The notes under the pieces are model-generated. The model saw nothing but the letters and a program-made list of their open reading frames with translations, did no database searches and was not told the origin of the DNA. The position numbers and the translations under genes were made by a program. This document shows, one piece after another, positions 31,547-47,113 of a stretch of DNA of 64,000 bases. Position 1 is the stretch's first letter; each line of letters opens with the position of its first letter. Origin of the DNA: the human T2T-CHM13v2.0 reference genome, Homo sapiens. The stretch is taken from the NCBI RefSeq assembly GCF_009914755.1, contig NC_060932.1. One strand, 5' to 3'.

Positions 31547-32027
31547 TGTAATATAGATTGGATATTTGTCCCCTCCAAATCTCATGTTAAAATGTGATCC
31601 CCAGTGTTGGAAGTAGGGCCTAGTGGGAGGTGTTCTAGTCATGGGAGGCGGATTCCTCATAAATGGCTTGGTGTCATCCTCATCCTTAAGAAAGTATTCA
31701 CTCTATTAGATCACAAGAGAGCTGATTGTTTATTTTTAAAAATTGTTTATTTATTTTTTCACCAGCCAACTTTAAGATTCAGAGAGCTGGTATTTTAAAA
31801 GCGCATGGCACCCCCTCCCTACTTTTGCTCCCTCTCTGGCCATGTCACATGTGAGCTCCCCTTTTCCTTCTACCAGTATTGGAAGCTCCCTGAAGCCTTC
31901 ACCAGAAGCAGATGGTGGTGCCAGGCTTCCTATACAGCCTGCAGAACTGGGAGCCCAATAAACCTCTTTTCTCTATAAATTACCCAGCCTCTGATATTCC
32001 TTTATAGCAATACAAATGGACTGATAT
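31547..32027 (+). mobile_element. MSTB-type MaLR LTR within an old L1 3' region
   Basis: GGATATTTGTCCCCTCCAAATCTCATGTT...AATAAACCTCTTTTC...AATTACCCAGCCTC. Confidence 0.85.
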
Positions 32028-32234
32028 AATGTATCAACATGGTTAAGTCTCAAAAATGCAAAAAGTGAGAAAAATGTAAATCACAGAAGAAGACACACAG
32101 TGTAATAACACTAATAATATGTTTAAAATATGAAGTAATATTGTACATTGTACACTCTACATAAGCTGTACATTAGTGTGAAGGATAAGAACTCATTAGG
32201 GGTAGAGGTTTGGTGAAGAAAATGTTACTGGGGG

Positions 32235-32646
32235 TGTAAACCAAAAACAAAATTCTAAGCCCCCAACTGACTGAATGGACCCCCTGTGGTCCAAGCGAAA
32301 CCTGAAAAACTGAATTTCCAACTGTGATGCCCAGCCATGACTTCAACTCTTTAGACAAAGCTTAACTCTTAACCAGTTGCTCATCAGAAAATCCTTGAAT
32401 CCACCCATGATCTGTAAGATCCCACTTCTAGATGTCTCAACTTTCTGGGCCAAACCAATGTAATGATTTATATCTTTGCCTGTAAATTCTGTCTCCTGAA
32501 AATGTATGAAACCAAGCTATAACCTGATTACTGCAGGCAGACATTCTCAGGACCTTTTGAGACTGTTTCCCAGGTTGCGGTCACTCATACTGACTCAGAA
32601 TAAACCTCTTTAAATATTTTATAGAGTTTGGTTCTTTTCATCAACA
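32235..32646 (+). mobile_element. MER4-group solo LTR (MER4C-like)
   Basis: TGTAAACCAAAAACAAAATTCTAAGCCCCC ... AATAAACC ... TTTTCATCAACA. Confidence 0.75.
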
Positions 32647-32769
32647 GGCTTCAGCTATATTTGCATTGTATTTCTTGTAGGTGTGTACATGAATTTTGGT
32701 TGTATTATTCTTATACCTTATTCTAAGACATCACATGAGGAAAAGAAATAAAAGAGTTTCACAAGTTGT

Positions 32770-33030
32770 AAAGTATTATGCAAACATGAGTAGTTGTTGA
32801 AGTACAAAGACTTATCCTGTGGGCTTTGTAGTGAGGTTATTTGAGTTCAAATTCTGGTGCTCCCCCACTTATGATATAAACTTGACCTGGCTCTGTAACT
32901 TCTCCATGCCTTGGTTTCCTCATCTATAAATGAAAATTACTAACATTACTTATCCATTAGGACAACTGAGATGATAAAGACAGAGTGTATATAAATCACT
33001 TAACCCAGTTAGCATTGAATTACAGTAGCT
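32770..33030 (+). mobile_element. MIR
   Basis: GAGTTCAAATTCTGG...CCTTGGTTTCCTCATCTATAAATG. Confidence 0.65.
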
Positions 33031-33294
33031 ATTAAGACAATCTTCACAACTGAGACAGAAACACATTTCTGAGGCATTTAAATTAAGAGGGAACATTCTG
33101 CCATACTCTGGGAATGGAGGAATGCTCTTGGAGTTGAATGCAAGCCCCTGAATTATATTGGTGAGTACAAAGGTGAAATTGTTAACAAGTTATACATGGC
33201 ATACTTTGGACATGCAGGACAATTCAAAACTATCTGGACATTCTATGTCTTTATTTGCTAAATCTGGCAACCTTGTATGTGAGGGAAGGGTACC

Positions 33295-33665
33295 ATCTTA
33301 GTCTGGGTTGCTATAACACAATAGCTTAGACTGGATAATTTATAAATAATAGACATTTATTTCTCATAGTTCTGGAGGCTGGGAAGTCCAAGACCAATGC
33401 ACCAGCAGATTCAGTTTCTGGTGAGGACTCACTCTCGGTTTCATAGATGGCACCTCTTGCTGTGTCCTCATATGGCAGAAGGGGTAGTGGTAGAAGAGAC
33501 CAGCAGAATCCCTCCAGTCTTTTTATAAGGACACTAATCCCATTCATAAGGATGGAGTCCTCATGACCTACTCACCTCCTGAAGACCCCACATATTAATA
33601 GTTTTCACTGAAGATTAAGTTTCAACATGAATTTTGGAGGGACACAAACACTCAAATCATAGCTG
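33295..33665 (-). mobile_element. MLT1A/MSTD-type MaLR LTR
   Basis: TTTATTTCTCATAGTTCTGGAGGCTGGGAAGTCCAAGA...GGGACACAAACACTCAAATCATAGC. Confidence 0.8.
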
Positions 33666-34050
33666 GCGCCCCAAGCAGAGGACTCACATGTGCAAAGATG
33701 TGGAGACATGACGGATAAAGGTGTCTTTGGGGATTATCAAGGAATTCAGTACGGTGGTAGGATAACGTGGGTGTGAGGGAAGCAGGTATGCATATGTATT
33801 TTGTGGGGGATGGGTGTGGAGAAAAGAAGTATAAAATAAAGCTGAAAAAATAGGTAGAGTCTAGGCTTTTAAAGACTTATATTGAGGATTTGTGCTTTAA
33901 CCTGTCAGCTTTGATGAGACATTGACAGACTGCAGCAGGGAAGAAATAGGAGCAGATTTGTGTTTTTAAAGATTTCCCTGGAGGCAGGGTGGACCCAAGG
34001 CAAGAGACTGGAGGCAGGTGGACCAGCAGCTAGTTAAGCGAGGATGAAGG

Positions 34051-34845
34051 TGTCAGTCTAAACAGAGGGAGATTCTCCAAAGATATATCCAAATATTTAT
34101 CCAAAGATTTATTTGGGAGTGCGCAGGGGATTTGCAAATGCAGCTAAAGAGGTTCAGGCAGGGGTAAGCTTTTAAGGCAAAAGAGAGAAGTACAAGTAAA
34201 TTGTTTTGAAACAAAGAGAACAGTGGCTACAGGGGCTCATCCTAGGAGTTGACAGTAGTTCATTAGTGGAGACAGTGTGTCAGGCAAGTGTTCTTGTGCA
34301 TCCGGCTAGCCGTCCTTGTGACTCATGTAGCAAGCTGCAGTTTGGAAAGTCCTTGGCAAAAGTTTTGGTTACAGGCATATGTGCATAAAGCCCTTCAGAG
34401 AGTCTTTGTAATAAGTCTTATCATAGGTATGTGTGCATGACAGCCCTCCCTTCTTAACTTCCCGGCTTTATTTACTGTATGTGTATATGTATGTATGTAC
34501 GTATTTATTTTTTGAGACAGAGTCTTGCTCTGTCACTCAGGCTGGAGTGCAGTGGTGCAATTACACCTCACTGTAGCCTCAACCTCCTGGGCTCAAGTGA
34601 TACTTCCATCAGCCTCCCAAGTAGCTGGGACTGCAGGTGTGCACCACCATGTGTAATTTTTTATTTTTTGTAAAGATGGGGTCTCGCTACGTTGCCCACA
34701 CTGGTCTCGAGGCTTCAAGTGATCCTCTTGTATTGGAAAGTGCTGGGATTACAGACGTGAGCCACTCCGCCTTCCATGTGTTTTTTTTGTTGTTGTTGTT
34801 AGAGTTTGACACAGTGACTCCATTTTGATCCTGACAACTTTCACA
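34051..34845 (-). mobile_element. MER67-like ERV1 LTR interrupted by an AluJ and flanked by L2 remnants
   Basis: The reverse complement starts TGTGAAAGTTGTCAGGATCAAAATGGAGTCAC. Confidence 0.6.
34503..34775 (-). mobile_element. AluJ
   Basis: Diverged antisense Alu. Confidence 0.88.
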
Positions 34846-35043
34846 AAAGCAGAAGTGGGACTAGAGAGGACCACCCCAATTTAACTCATGCTCAGTAGCA
34901 GAATTGTCAGAAGTTGACAATCATTTGGATATGGCAATGGTGAGGGAGATGGAGGCGTTGAGGTGTATTCTGAGGTTAATGCTGAGTTTTGAAAAAAAAA
35001 ATATTTGCAACCAACATCACAATCAAGATATAAAACATTTCCA

Positions 35044-36600
<1,557 letters not shown>

Positions 36601-36813
36601 TTTGAATCAAAGGTGTGAAGTGGACATTTTGTGGCTAGCATAGGTCAGAAGTGTGCCCTTCATGCACATATCCTCAGGAGACTGGGGAAAGGAAGCCTCG
36701 TTCCTGTGATGGGCAGTGATATTCACACACGTGACCAGGAAGAAATATGTGTTGTTTCCATAGCATCATTTGCATGTTCAGTTCCCCATCTACCATCCAC
36801 CTAACACTTTTAA

Positions 36814-37227
<414 letters not shown>

Positions 37228-37334
37228 TAATTCAGTTATTCTTCTACACTTCTTAGTTGGCATTCTTCTGTAAAGTAGGGCTGGCTGGCTCTCCTGAATA
37301 TATTTCATATTAGAAAGATAAGATGAATGCTTAA

Positions 37335-37653
<319 letters not shown>

Positions 37654-38189
37654 TCCCTTTGCCAATTTTCAAAACAAGAATTTGGTTTAATAGCTTCTTT
37701 AGATGGTGACAAATGAGTCTCCCCTACTCCAGCTTTATCTTTTTTCCATATTGTAGACTTTTGGGTTTTTATATATCCAGTGTATGCCATTTAACTATGA
37801 TCATTCTTCTTTTTGATGCTTATGTTACCACAATTATGTCAGTAAGTTCCCCTTCAACTGACTCCTGTGTCCCTTTGTTATGAGTCCATTCATCTTTGGA
37901 AATTTCCTTGTTTTTGAGCGTTACAGAAATACCCCAGATTCACCTCGTGTTCTTACCATCCTGCCTCTGGAATCAGTTCTCCAATGAGCCTTGCTTTTTT
38001 AAAAAAAAATTAATTATTATTTTTATTTCCATAGGGAATGGCACTAGAGACCAAAATCAGGACACAAGGGGTTTTTATTTTCTTGACATTTTATGGATAC
38101 ATTTTTTAAAAAATTAAAAACATTTTATATGGCATGATTTTGTTTTTTTAAGCAGAAATGTTCTGGGTACCTTGTGCACCATATTGCTA

Positions 38190-38430
38190 GAAATGATAAT
38201 TTCCTTACTGAGTATCCAGTGTCAAGCATTTTACTACATAATTAAAGCATTTAATTCTCACACTAATGAAATTTGCTAGGGCTCTTATTCTCATCCCCAT
38301 TTTAAAGATGAGAAAAATGAAACTGAGAGACTAGTAACTTTCCTCGGTCACACAGCTAGCAAGCATAGGGCAGGTGTCAGAGCCAGGCAGCTGGACTCCA
38401 GAACGTGGGCTTATTAGCACCATACTATGA
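38190..38430 (-). mobile_element. MIR
   Basis: CCCCATTTTAAAGATGAG...AACTGAG...GGTCACACAGCTAG. Confidence 0.7.
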
Positions 38431-38829
38431 TGCTATTCAGTTGCTCAGAAGCATTCCTTATAGGAGACGTGGCAGGAAGTACCTTAAGCAGGATCAATTG
38501 TCTTACAAGGACTTTTTTTTTTTTTTTAGAAGCAAACCTTTTGAAATATGAAGAAACAGGGTTAGAAGAAACAGAAAAATGTTTTTTTTGTAGAATCAGA
38601 AAATAGTTCCAAATAGTTCTTCTTCTTTCAGTCTTTTATATTGCCAGCAGAGTTAACTCTTTAATGTAGGGCACTGCAACCAGTTCTCCTCTGGCCACCC
38701 TCAAAGTTGAACCCATCTGACTCCAGAATGCCTTTTGTAATAAAAAAAAATTGATAATATACATGAGATTACATGTAACATCAATATTAGTTATTAAATA
38801 TAGTAATATCACAAATACTGTGAACCACT

Positions 38830-39920
38830 TCTCCACCCAAGACTAGAATATTTCCAAAATTTTCTATCTACCAGTGTATATTTTCCCTATCCAAGTCCAC
38901 TGCCTCTCACCTCCAGGCCTACCTAGAGGCTTGCCATCCTATTGCTTTTTAAGCAAAAATATGGTTTTAGCACTAATATTTGTCTAAGAACTATATTGCT
39001 CACCTTTGCTTGTTTTGAGAATTATGTAAACAATATGTAGTTATCTGTTTCTTGCCTTTCCTTCCTCAACATTATGTTACTAATATTGATTCACATTGTG
39101 TGTAGTGGTGGTTCATTTTCTCTGCAATATCGTGTTGCATTGTGTGGATATACCACAATTTATTTATTTATGCATTTACCTGTTGATGTCCGTTTGAGTT
39201 GTTTCTAGTTTTTTGTTATTGCAAACATTGCTAATGGTCTTGTATATGTCTCCTCTATGCCAAGTACAATGCCAAGCACAAACATTTTTGGAGATAAATA
39301 GGAATGGGATTACTGAGCTGGAGTATATGTGGATGTTCAATTTTGCAAGATAACACTAAATAATTTTCCAAAGTGGTTGTACCAGTTTTTACTCTACCAT
39401 CCATTGATCTATATAATTTTTAATAGATATAGAAATGCATATAAATTTTAAATTTATTAAAATTTATTTTGAATTAAAGCTGTGAAGTGGACATTTTGTG
39501 GCTAAATGTCCACAAATTTTAAATTTTACCAAACTAATGGGTATAAAATTGTTTATCTTGCAAGCCTGTTTGCATTTCTGTAAGTCCTAATGAAATTAAA
39601 AATTTTCCATATTTTATGGGCCATATCTGTTTTCTGTTCTGTGAAAGGCTTGCTCTTTGCAATTTATTTGTTCTTTTTCCACTTCTAACTGATGCATTAT
39701 AATCTAACATATGGTTAAAATATAATTATTAGTCCTCTGTTGTTGGACATTTAGTTTTTTCCCAATATTTTGCTATTATAAGAAAAGCTGACCTGATAAT
39801 GTTTTGTGTACCTTCAGGATTTCTTTCTTTCAAATAAATCTTAAAAGTGGAGTAGGCTAAGGAGGCAGATATGCTCATTTTGGAAAATATTTTGATAATA
39901 CACTGAAAAATTACCTCCTG
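38830..39920 (-). mobile_element. Old L1ME fragments
   Basis: GATATACCACAATTTATTTA, TTTTCCAAAGTGGTTGTACCAGTTT. Confidence 0.65.
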
Positions 39921-40137
39921 AAATAATGCCAATCTACCTGATGAGGTTTTTCTCTTAACCTATGAAACATATAAGCAGTTTGTTTTATGGCCTTTGACAA
40001 AGTTGGGGTAAAAGAGGAAAAGCCTGAAAGCATAGGGAGGTCCTGGAAAAAGCTGGGAGGGGAGGAGCCACGCTCGGCACAGCTCTTCTGAGAAAGGCCG
40101 GGAGCCTGCAGGAGTTCAGAGGTGAGCATGCGGGTGC

Positions 40138-40480
40138 CTCAGTCAGGGTCCAACCAGGGGAGCAGAACTGCTAGCAGATATATATACACATATAAGGATT
40201 TGGGTTTTTGCAACTCAAGAAGTGGGTTAAGTGGTCTCTGTAAGGCTGTTATCCCTGTGTCTGTGTGAGCCTGGAGCTTGAAGTCCATGATGCAGGTAGT
40301 CAGGCATAAAAGACAGACGGAAATTAGAGGAGACCGAGGGCAGGTAGGACTCTGCAAGCATGAGCTAAACCCACACAAACAGACTGAAATCCGTGTCACG
40401 TCTTGTTGCCTCTGACCTTGATAGTGTGGCCATTCTGTCTGTGGAAGCCTGGGTCCTTTATCGAGAACCTAATCCCATAC
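40138..40480 (-). mobile_element. Old ERVL-type LTR fragment (MLT2F-like)
   Basis: TCAGTCAGGGTCCAACCAGG terminus. Subfamily uncertain. Confidence 0.4.
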
Positions 40481-40905
40481 ACCTGGCTCAGGAGAAGAAG
40501 CTGAAGGAGGGAAGGGGAAGGCAGAGCAGTTGCAGGTTCTGCTGTGGCTTCCTGCCATCAGGTGAGTCAGTAGATCAACAGATGTATGTGAGGGAAAGAA
40601 AGAATTTACAGCCATAGGCATCCAACAGCGTGAAAGGTGCTTTCTCACAGATGATCTCATTCAGTCCACACAATAGCCTGTGAAGTTAGAAGTCTAAGCA
40701 TTTTTAATGCACAGGTGAGTAAACTGAAATTCCAGAGCACAGCCATGTAGCAGGGAGGGATGGAGATGGGACTGCATTTTTTTTCATTTCTATAATCAGA
40801 CACTCAAGTGTAGGTTTACAGTTCTAATCCATGCAGTTTCCCACAACCTGTGGCTGCTCAAGTTGGCCCTTAATTGATTAGGGGTAAAAAAAGAGATTGA
40901 TGAAT

Positions 40906-40910
<5 letters not shown>

Positions 40911-40940
<30 letters not shown>

Positions 40941-41218
40941 TTTTGAGACGGAGTCTTGCTCTGTCACCCAGGCTGAAGTACGGTGGCGCAATCTCAGCTC
41001 ACTGCAACTTCTGCCTCCTGGGTTCAAGCAATTCTCCTGCCTCAGCCTCCTGCCTGGCTGAGGCAGGATGCCACCACGCCTGGCTAATATTTGTATTTTT
41101 AGTAGAGATGGGGTTTTGCCATGTTGGCCAGGCTGGTCTTGAACCTCTGAGCTCAAGTGATCTGCCTGCCTCAGCCTCTCAAAGTGCTGGGATTACAGGT
41201 GAGTCACAGCGCCTGACC
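40911..41218 (-). mobile_element. AluS carrying an internal fold-back inversion
   Basis: TSD TGATGAATTTATT (40898-40910, 41219-41231). Confidence 0.94.
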
Positions 41219-41252
41219 TGATGAATTTATTGTAATTTAAATATGACCATAG

Positions 41253-41611
<359 letters not shown>

Positions 41612-41679
41612 TGAATTTTTAATTATTTTGTGTCATAAATATTATTTTTCTTTTGATTCTTTTTCTTTCTTTTTTAAAA

Positions 41680-42495
41680 TTTTATTTTTTCAAAAAACCA
41701 GCTTTTAATTTTGTTGATGTTTTATATTGTTTTCATTTCAATTTTATTTATTTATGCTCTGATGTTTATTATTTCTTTTCTTCTACTAATTTTGGGTCTG
41801 GTTTGCTCTTGCTTTTCTACTTGCTTAAGATGCATTGTTAAGTTAATTACATGATGTTTTTCTTCGTTTTTGATGTAGATGCTTATAGCTATAAACTTCC
41901 CTCTTATTACTGCCTTCTCTGTATCCCATAGGTTTTGGTATGTTGTGTTTCTATTATCATTTGTTTCAAGAAAATTTTCAGTTTCCTTAATTTCTTCATT
42001 GACCCACTAGTCATTCAGGAGCATATTTTCTAATTTCCATGTGTTTGTATAGTTTCCCAAATTCCTCTTGTTATTGATTTCTAGTTTTATTCCATTGTAG
42101 CCAGAGAAGACACTGGATATTATTTCAATTTTTTTGAATGTTTTAAGACTTGTTTTGTGACCTAACACATGATCTATCCTTGAGAATGATCCATATGCTG
42201 AGGAAAAAAAAGTGTATTCTGGAGCTGTTGGATGAAATGTTCTGTAAATACCTACTAGTTCCATTTATTCTATAGCATAGATTAAGTCTAATGTTTCTGT
42301 GTTGATTTTCTGTCTGGAAGATGTGTCCGATGCTGAAAGAGGGGCGTTGAAGTCTACAGCTATTATTATATTGGGGTCTATCTCTCCCTTTAGCTCTAAT
42401 ATTTGCTTTATACGTCTAGATGCTTCAGTGTTGAGTGCATATATACTTAACAATTATTATATCCTCTGGCTGAATTGACCCCTTTATTATTATAT
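41680..42495 (-). mobile_element. L1 ORF2 endonuclease-domain fragment (non-functional)
   Basis: ORFs 42265-42453 and 42007-42264 give IYALN..IIAVDFNAPLS..IYRTFHP..EYTFFSSAYGSFSRIDHVLGHK, matching the L1 APE endonuclease. Interrupted by stops. Confidence 0.92.
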
Positions 42496-42527
42496 AGAGA
42501 ATCTAGACTTCTATTGTGGCTTTAAAA

Positions 42528-42951
<424 letters not shown>

Positions 42952-43111
42952 TGATTAAATAATTAGTAATTCCTATTAGTGAAAATGAGAATGTTTGGCT
43001 TATAATTTTCCTTCTTGGGAAATGATTGTGGGAATGCTGAAAATCATGTTTTAAATATAAAGTCAGTCCTAGTTTCTTCAACAAGTAAAGGGTATGAAAA
43101 GAGATGAGAAC

Positions 43112-43508
43112 TGTTGCAAATTGGATTCTCTGGAAGCAGATGCTGACACACGGTTTGGGTGCAGGATGATGGTAAGGAGCAGTGCCTATAAAGGGAAGGT
43201 GCTAGACGGAGAAGACCTGTTGCGACGCAGTCCTGGCAAAACCTTGGCAAACCCAGAGTGGCTCTGTGAGCAAATATTGTTTATCAGAGTCGTTCTGTGT
43301 CAGGCCAATAGCTGGACCTTTTTACCCCTCCTTTCTCGGTCGCTGAATGTGAGTCGCTTGGAGAAGGGTGTGACCTCAGCTCTCAGCAGCTGATGCTGAC
43401 CTTGAAGGAGCTGAGAGCTGGAGGCTGTCTGCTGACCCCACATCTCGCAGTTGGGATGTAGGTTCTTCTTGAAGGGTATCTCGGTGATGCCCCTCCATGT
43501 CTACCCCA
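43112..43508 (-). mobile_element. LTR16-family (ERVL) solo LTR
   Basis: GGATTCTCTGGAAGCAGATGCTGA...GAGCTGAGAGCTGGAGGCTGTCTGCTGAC motifs. Confidence 0.65.
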
Positions 43509-43589
43509 GGAACCATTATAGATTAAGAAAGACTTAAGGGACATCCATCAAATGCCAAGGATTCCTGATTCCAACAAACAACCAAGACA

Positions 43590-43888
<299 letters not shown>

Positions 43889-43969
43889 GAGATACTTTTG
43901 AGGTAATTGTGGGAATATAGATACAGACTGGGTATCCAATGATAGTAGGGGATTAGTGTTAATTTTTTC

Positions 43970-44673
43970 TTGGGGGCTGAGAAAACATGCTGTTTTTATT
44001 CACATAACACTTCTGACACTACATGTGTGGGTTTTTTCCCTCCACACCAAGCAATTCTCCAAATCTCTGGACCCCAGCTGGGTGTACTACAACTTAACCT
44101 AATTCTGAGACTATCTACCTGAAGTTGGCATCAGATCCCATAAGTTAAAGGGCTTGGTTCCTCAAGACTGCCCCTACTTCAGATGTTAATCGCATGTCTG
44201 GGGCTCTTGCAGTTCTGAATGACCAGCTTTAAATTGGGGGTTCCCATGATGAGTTTGATAATTTGCTACAATGACTCATAGAATTGAGGGAAACACTTTA
44301 CTTACGTTTAGTGGTTTATTATAAAGGACACACCTCTAGAAAATCTAGAGAGAAGAGATGCATAGGGCAACATATGGGGCCAGAGAGTGGTTCGTGGCTC
44401 TTCTCTTCTCTCTCTGGGCACACCACCCTCCCAGCATCTTGATGTATTCACCAACCTGGAAGCTCATCAAATCTCATTGTTCGAGAGTTTTTATAGCACT
44501 TACTCTGAGTCTGCCCCTTTCCAGATACTTCATTAGCATAAACTCAGGTGTGATCTAAACAGGCGCTTTATGAATAACAAAAGACACTCCTGTCGCTCAG
44601 GAAATTCCAAGGGTTTTAGGAGTTTTGTGCCAGGAACCAGGAATGAAGACCAGATAGCCTTATTTACACTACA
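43970..44673 (-). mobile_element. MER21-family LTR inside an old L1 3' end
   Basis: AACACTTCTGACAC..CAAGCAATTCTCCA..AAGACTGCCCCTACTTCAGATG..CAGGAAATTCCAAGGGTTTTAGGAG. Confidence 0.8.
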
Positions 44674-45087
44674 GGTGTGATGATGGAATCATGGTTATGT
44701 AAGATACCGTCCTTTGTGAGTGATATATCCTGAAGAATATGGTGGTAGAATAAGGTGCCTAGGGATTTGCTCCAGTAATGTGACAGCAATGAAAATGGAG
44801 GACTGATAGATAAAACAAGAATGCTAAATTGTTGATAGCTGTGAAAACTAGAGAAGGGCTCAAAGAGATTCTCTTTAGTATTCTATTTATGTGTGTATTT
44901 GGAAATTCAAAACATAATGAAAAGATAAATATAGAAAAATACGTGAAATAAATATAAATTATAATGAATATTATGATATATAAATATGTAAAAATTAAAT
45001 ATATAAAAAGTGTTAAAACATAATAAAACATTAAAAAAATACCAAAGGTCATTTAAGATAATACCTCATTGGTAAAAGAGGTAACAT

Positions 45088-45390
45088 GGGCCAGGTGTGG
45101 TGGCTTATGTCTGTAATCCCAGCACTTTGGGAGGCTGAGGTGGGAGGACTGCTTGAAGCTGGGAGTTCAAGACCAGCCTGGGAAACGAAGCGAGACCTTG
45201 TCTTTACAAAAATTAAAAAAATTAGCTGAGTGTGGTGGCACATGCCTGTAGCCTCAGCTACTTAGGAGGCTGAGATGGAGGGATTGCTTGAGCCGAGGAA
45301 TTTGAGGCTGCGATGAGCAGGGATTGTGCGACTGCACTCCAACCCGAGTGACAGAGCAAGACCCTGTCTCAATAAAAAAAAAAAAAAAAG
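45088..45390 (+). mobile_element. AluJ
   Basis: Dimeric Alu with A-tail. Confidence 0.93.
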
Positions 45391-46207
45391 AATTATCATA
45401 ATAAATAGTGGGTATCTATTATTGAGTGTCTTTCATATGCTAGAATTCAACAAGTAAATCCAGAGTAAACTCAATTTTGAGTATTATGAAGATCTGCCCT
45501 GGAGATAAAGCATCCTTCAGTGTCAGCTGATAGCTTTCAGTGGAGTGTGAGGATTTTCCTGTGGAGTGTGGCCAAATGAATACCTGGGAAAGGAGATACA
45601 GGAAGATCAGGAAGATTGTAAGACAGGACAGAAAGCAAACTACTGAGAGCATTTTTGAGAGCATCCAGACACAGTGTCAGGTCCTTTACATACATTGTCT
45701 AAATTCTCACAATCACCACCCCATGTTATTATTTAGATTTTCTAGGATTCACAGTATGCAGATTGGGATATTAAGACTCATATTTGGGAACTCATCCAAG
45801 TGTTGGTTGGGATTCTAAGTTAGGTTGTGTTGGGTTCTGAGGCTTTTGCACTGGGTCACTGGAGTTCAAAGCTGGCCACTTCTCAGGCTGCCAGGGAATC
45901 TGGCAGCACCCCTGGGGCAGCATATTCTGTGTCTCCTGGAAATGCAAGCTGCACTGGTCCTCCCATGGCTGCTGGGCAGACCCACAGAGCTTCACAGGCC
46001 TGGGATGGCCCTTTCTGCTGATGACACTCTTGCCTAACTTCCTGGAACTAGAAAAATTAGAAAAGAAAAAAATTAAAAAAATTAGAGAACAATACTATTC
46101 TGAATTTTAACAATACTATTCTGAATTTTAATTAGAAGCTCTGAGCGTTTCCTCTTCCTAAGGGCTTTCTCTCTCTCTCTCTTTTTTTGTTCACTTATCT
46201 GCTCATT

Positions 46208-46670
46208 TGTAGTGGCTAATTTGATGTGTTAACTTGACTGTGCTAAGGGATGCTCAGATAGCTGGTAAAGCGTTATTTCTGGGTGTGTCTGTGAAGATGT
46301 TTCTCAAAAACATTAGCATTTGAATCAGTAGACTGAGTAAAGATCAGCCCTCACCAAAGTGGCTGGGCATCATCCAATCTGTTGAAGGCCCAGCTAGAAC
46401 AGAAAGGCGGAGGAAAGGTGAATTTGCTCTCTGCTTGAGCTGGGACATCTATCTTCTGCCCTTGGGCAACAGCACTCCTGGTTCTGATGCCCTCACACTC
46501 AGGCTGGAATTACTCCATCAGCTTTCCTGGGCCTTCAGCTTGCAGATGCAGATTGTGAGACTTCTCAGCCTCCATAATCTCATGGACCAAAATTTCATAA
46601 TAAATCTCTTTTTATATGTCTCTCTAAGTATCTTACTAGGTCTATTTCTCTGGAGAACCTGACTAATACA
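46208..46670 (+). mobile_element. MLT2D-like (ERVL) solo LTR
   Basis: TGTAGTGGCTAATTTGATGTGTTAACTTGACT ... TGGAGAACCTGACTAATACA. Confidence 0.88.
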
Positions 46671-46799
46671 CCATCTTCAGGTAATGCCCTTTGTAATTTA
46701 TTGTCTGCCAGTATGTTGGGAGTATACTGGTCTCCATTAAAAGCTGTCTAACAACTTTGGAAGAGGATTACAAGGGAGCTTTATCAATAGATGGCTGTG

Positions 46800-46901
46800 G
46801 TGTTCGCTTTGGCAGCATGTGTATTAAGATTGCACCAATACAGAGAAGATTAGGATGGCCCCAGTGCCAGGATGACACACAAATTTGTGAAGTGTTTAAT
46901 T
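46800..46901 (+). pseudogene. RNU6: U6 snRNA retropseudogene (second copy) with A-tail to about 46922
   Basis: GTGTTCGCTTTGGCAGCATGTGTATTAAGATTGCACCAATACAGAGAAGATTAGGATGGCCCCAGTGCCAGGATGACACACAAATTTGTGAAG; many substitutions. Confidence 0.92.
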
Positions 46902-46967
46902 TAAAAAATAAAAACAAAAAAGAGATAGTTTTTATGGTAGATAGTGGATTTTATGAAAGAGAGTGGA

Positions 46968-47113
46968 TTTTTTTTTTCGAAACAGGGTGTCGCTATGTCA
47001 CCCAGACTGGAATCTTGGCTCACTGCAGCTTTGACCTCCTGGGCTCAAGAGATCCACCCGCTTTGGCTTCTAAAATTGCTGGGATTACAGGTGTGAACCA
47101 CTGCACTCAGCCT
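46968..47113 (-). mobile_element. Monomer-length Alu (FAM/FRAM-like or arm recombinant)
   Basis: Right-arm 3' end continuing into a left-arm-type 5' end. Confidence 0.75.

Noticed and set aside
42007-42453. Endonuclease-like ORFs as an active or novel nuclease
   Set aside because: They are broken L1 ORF2 with in-frame stops and degenerate motifs.
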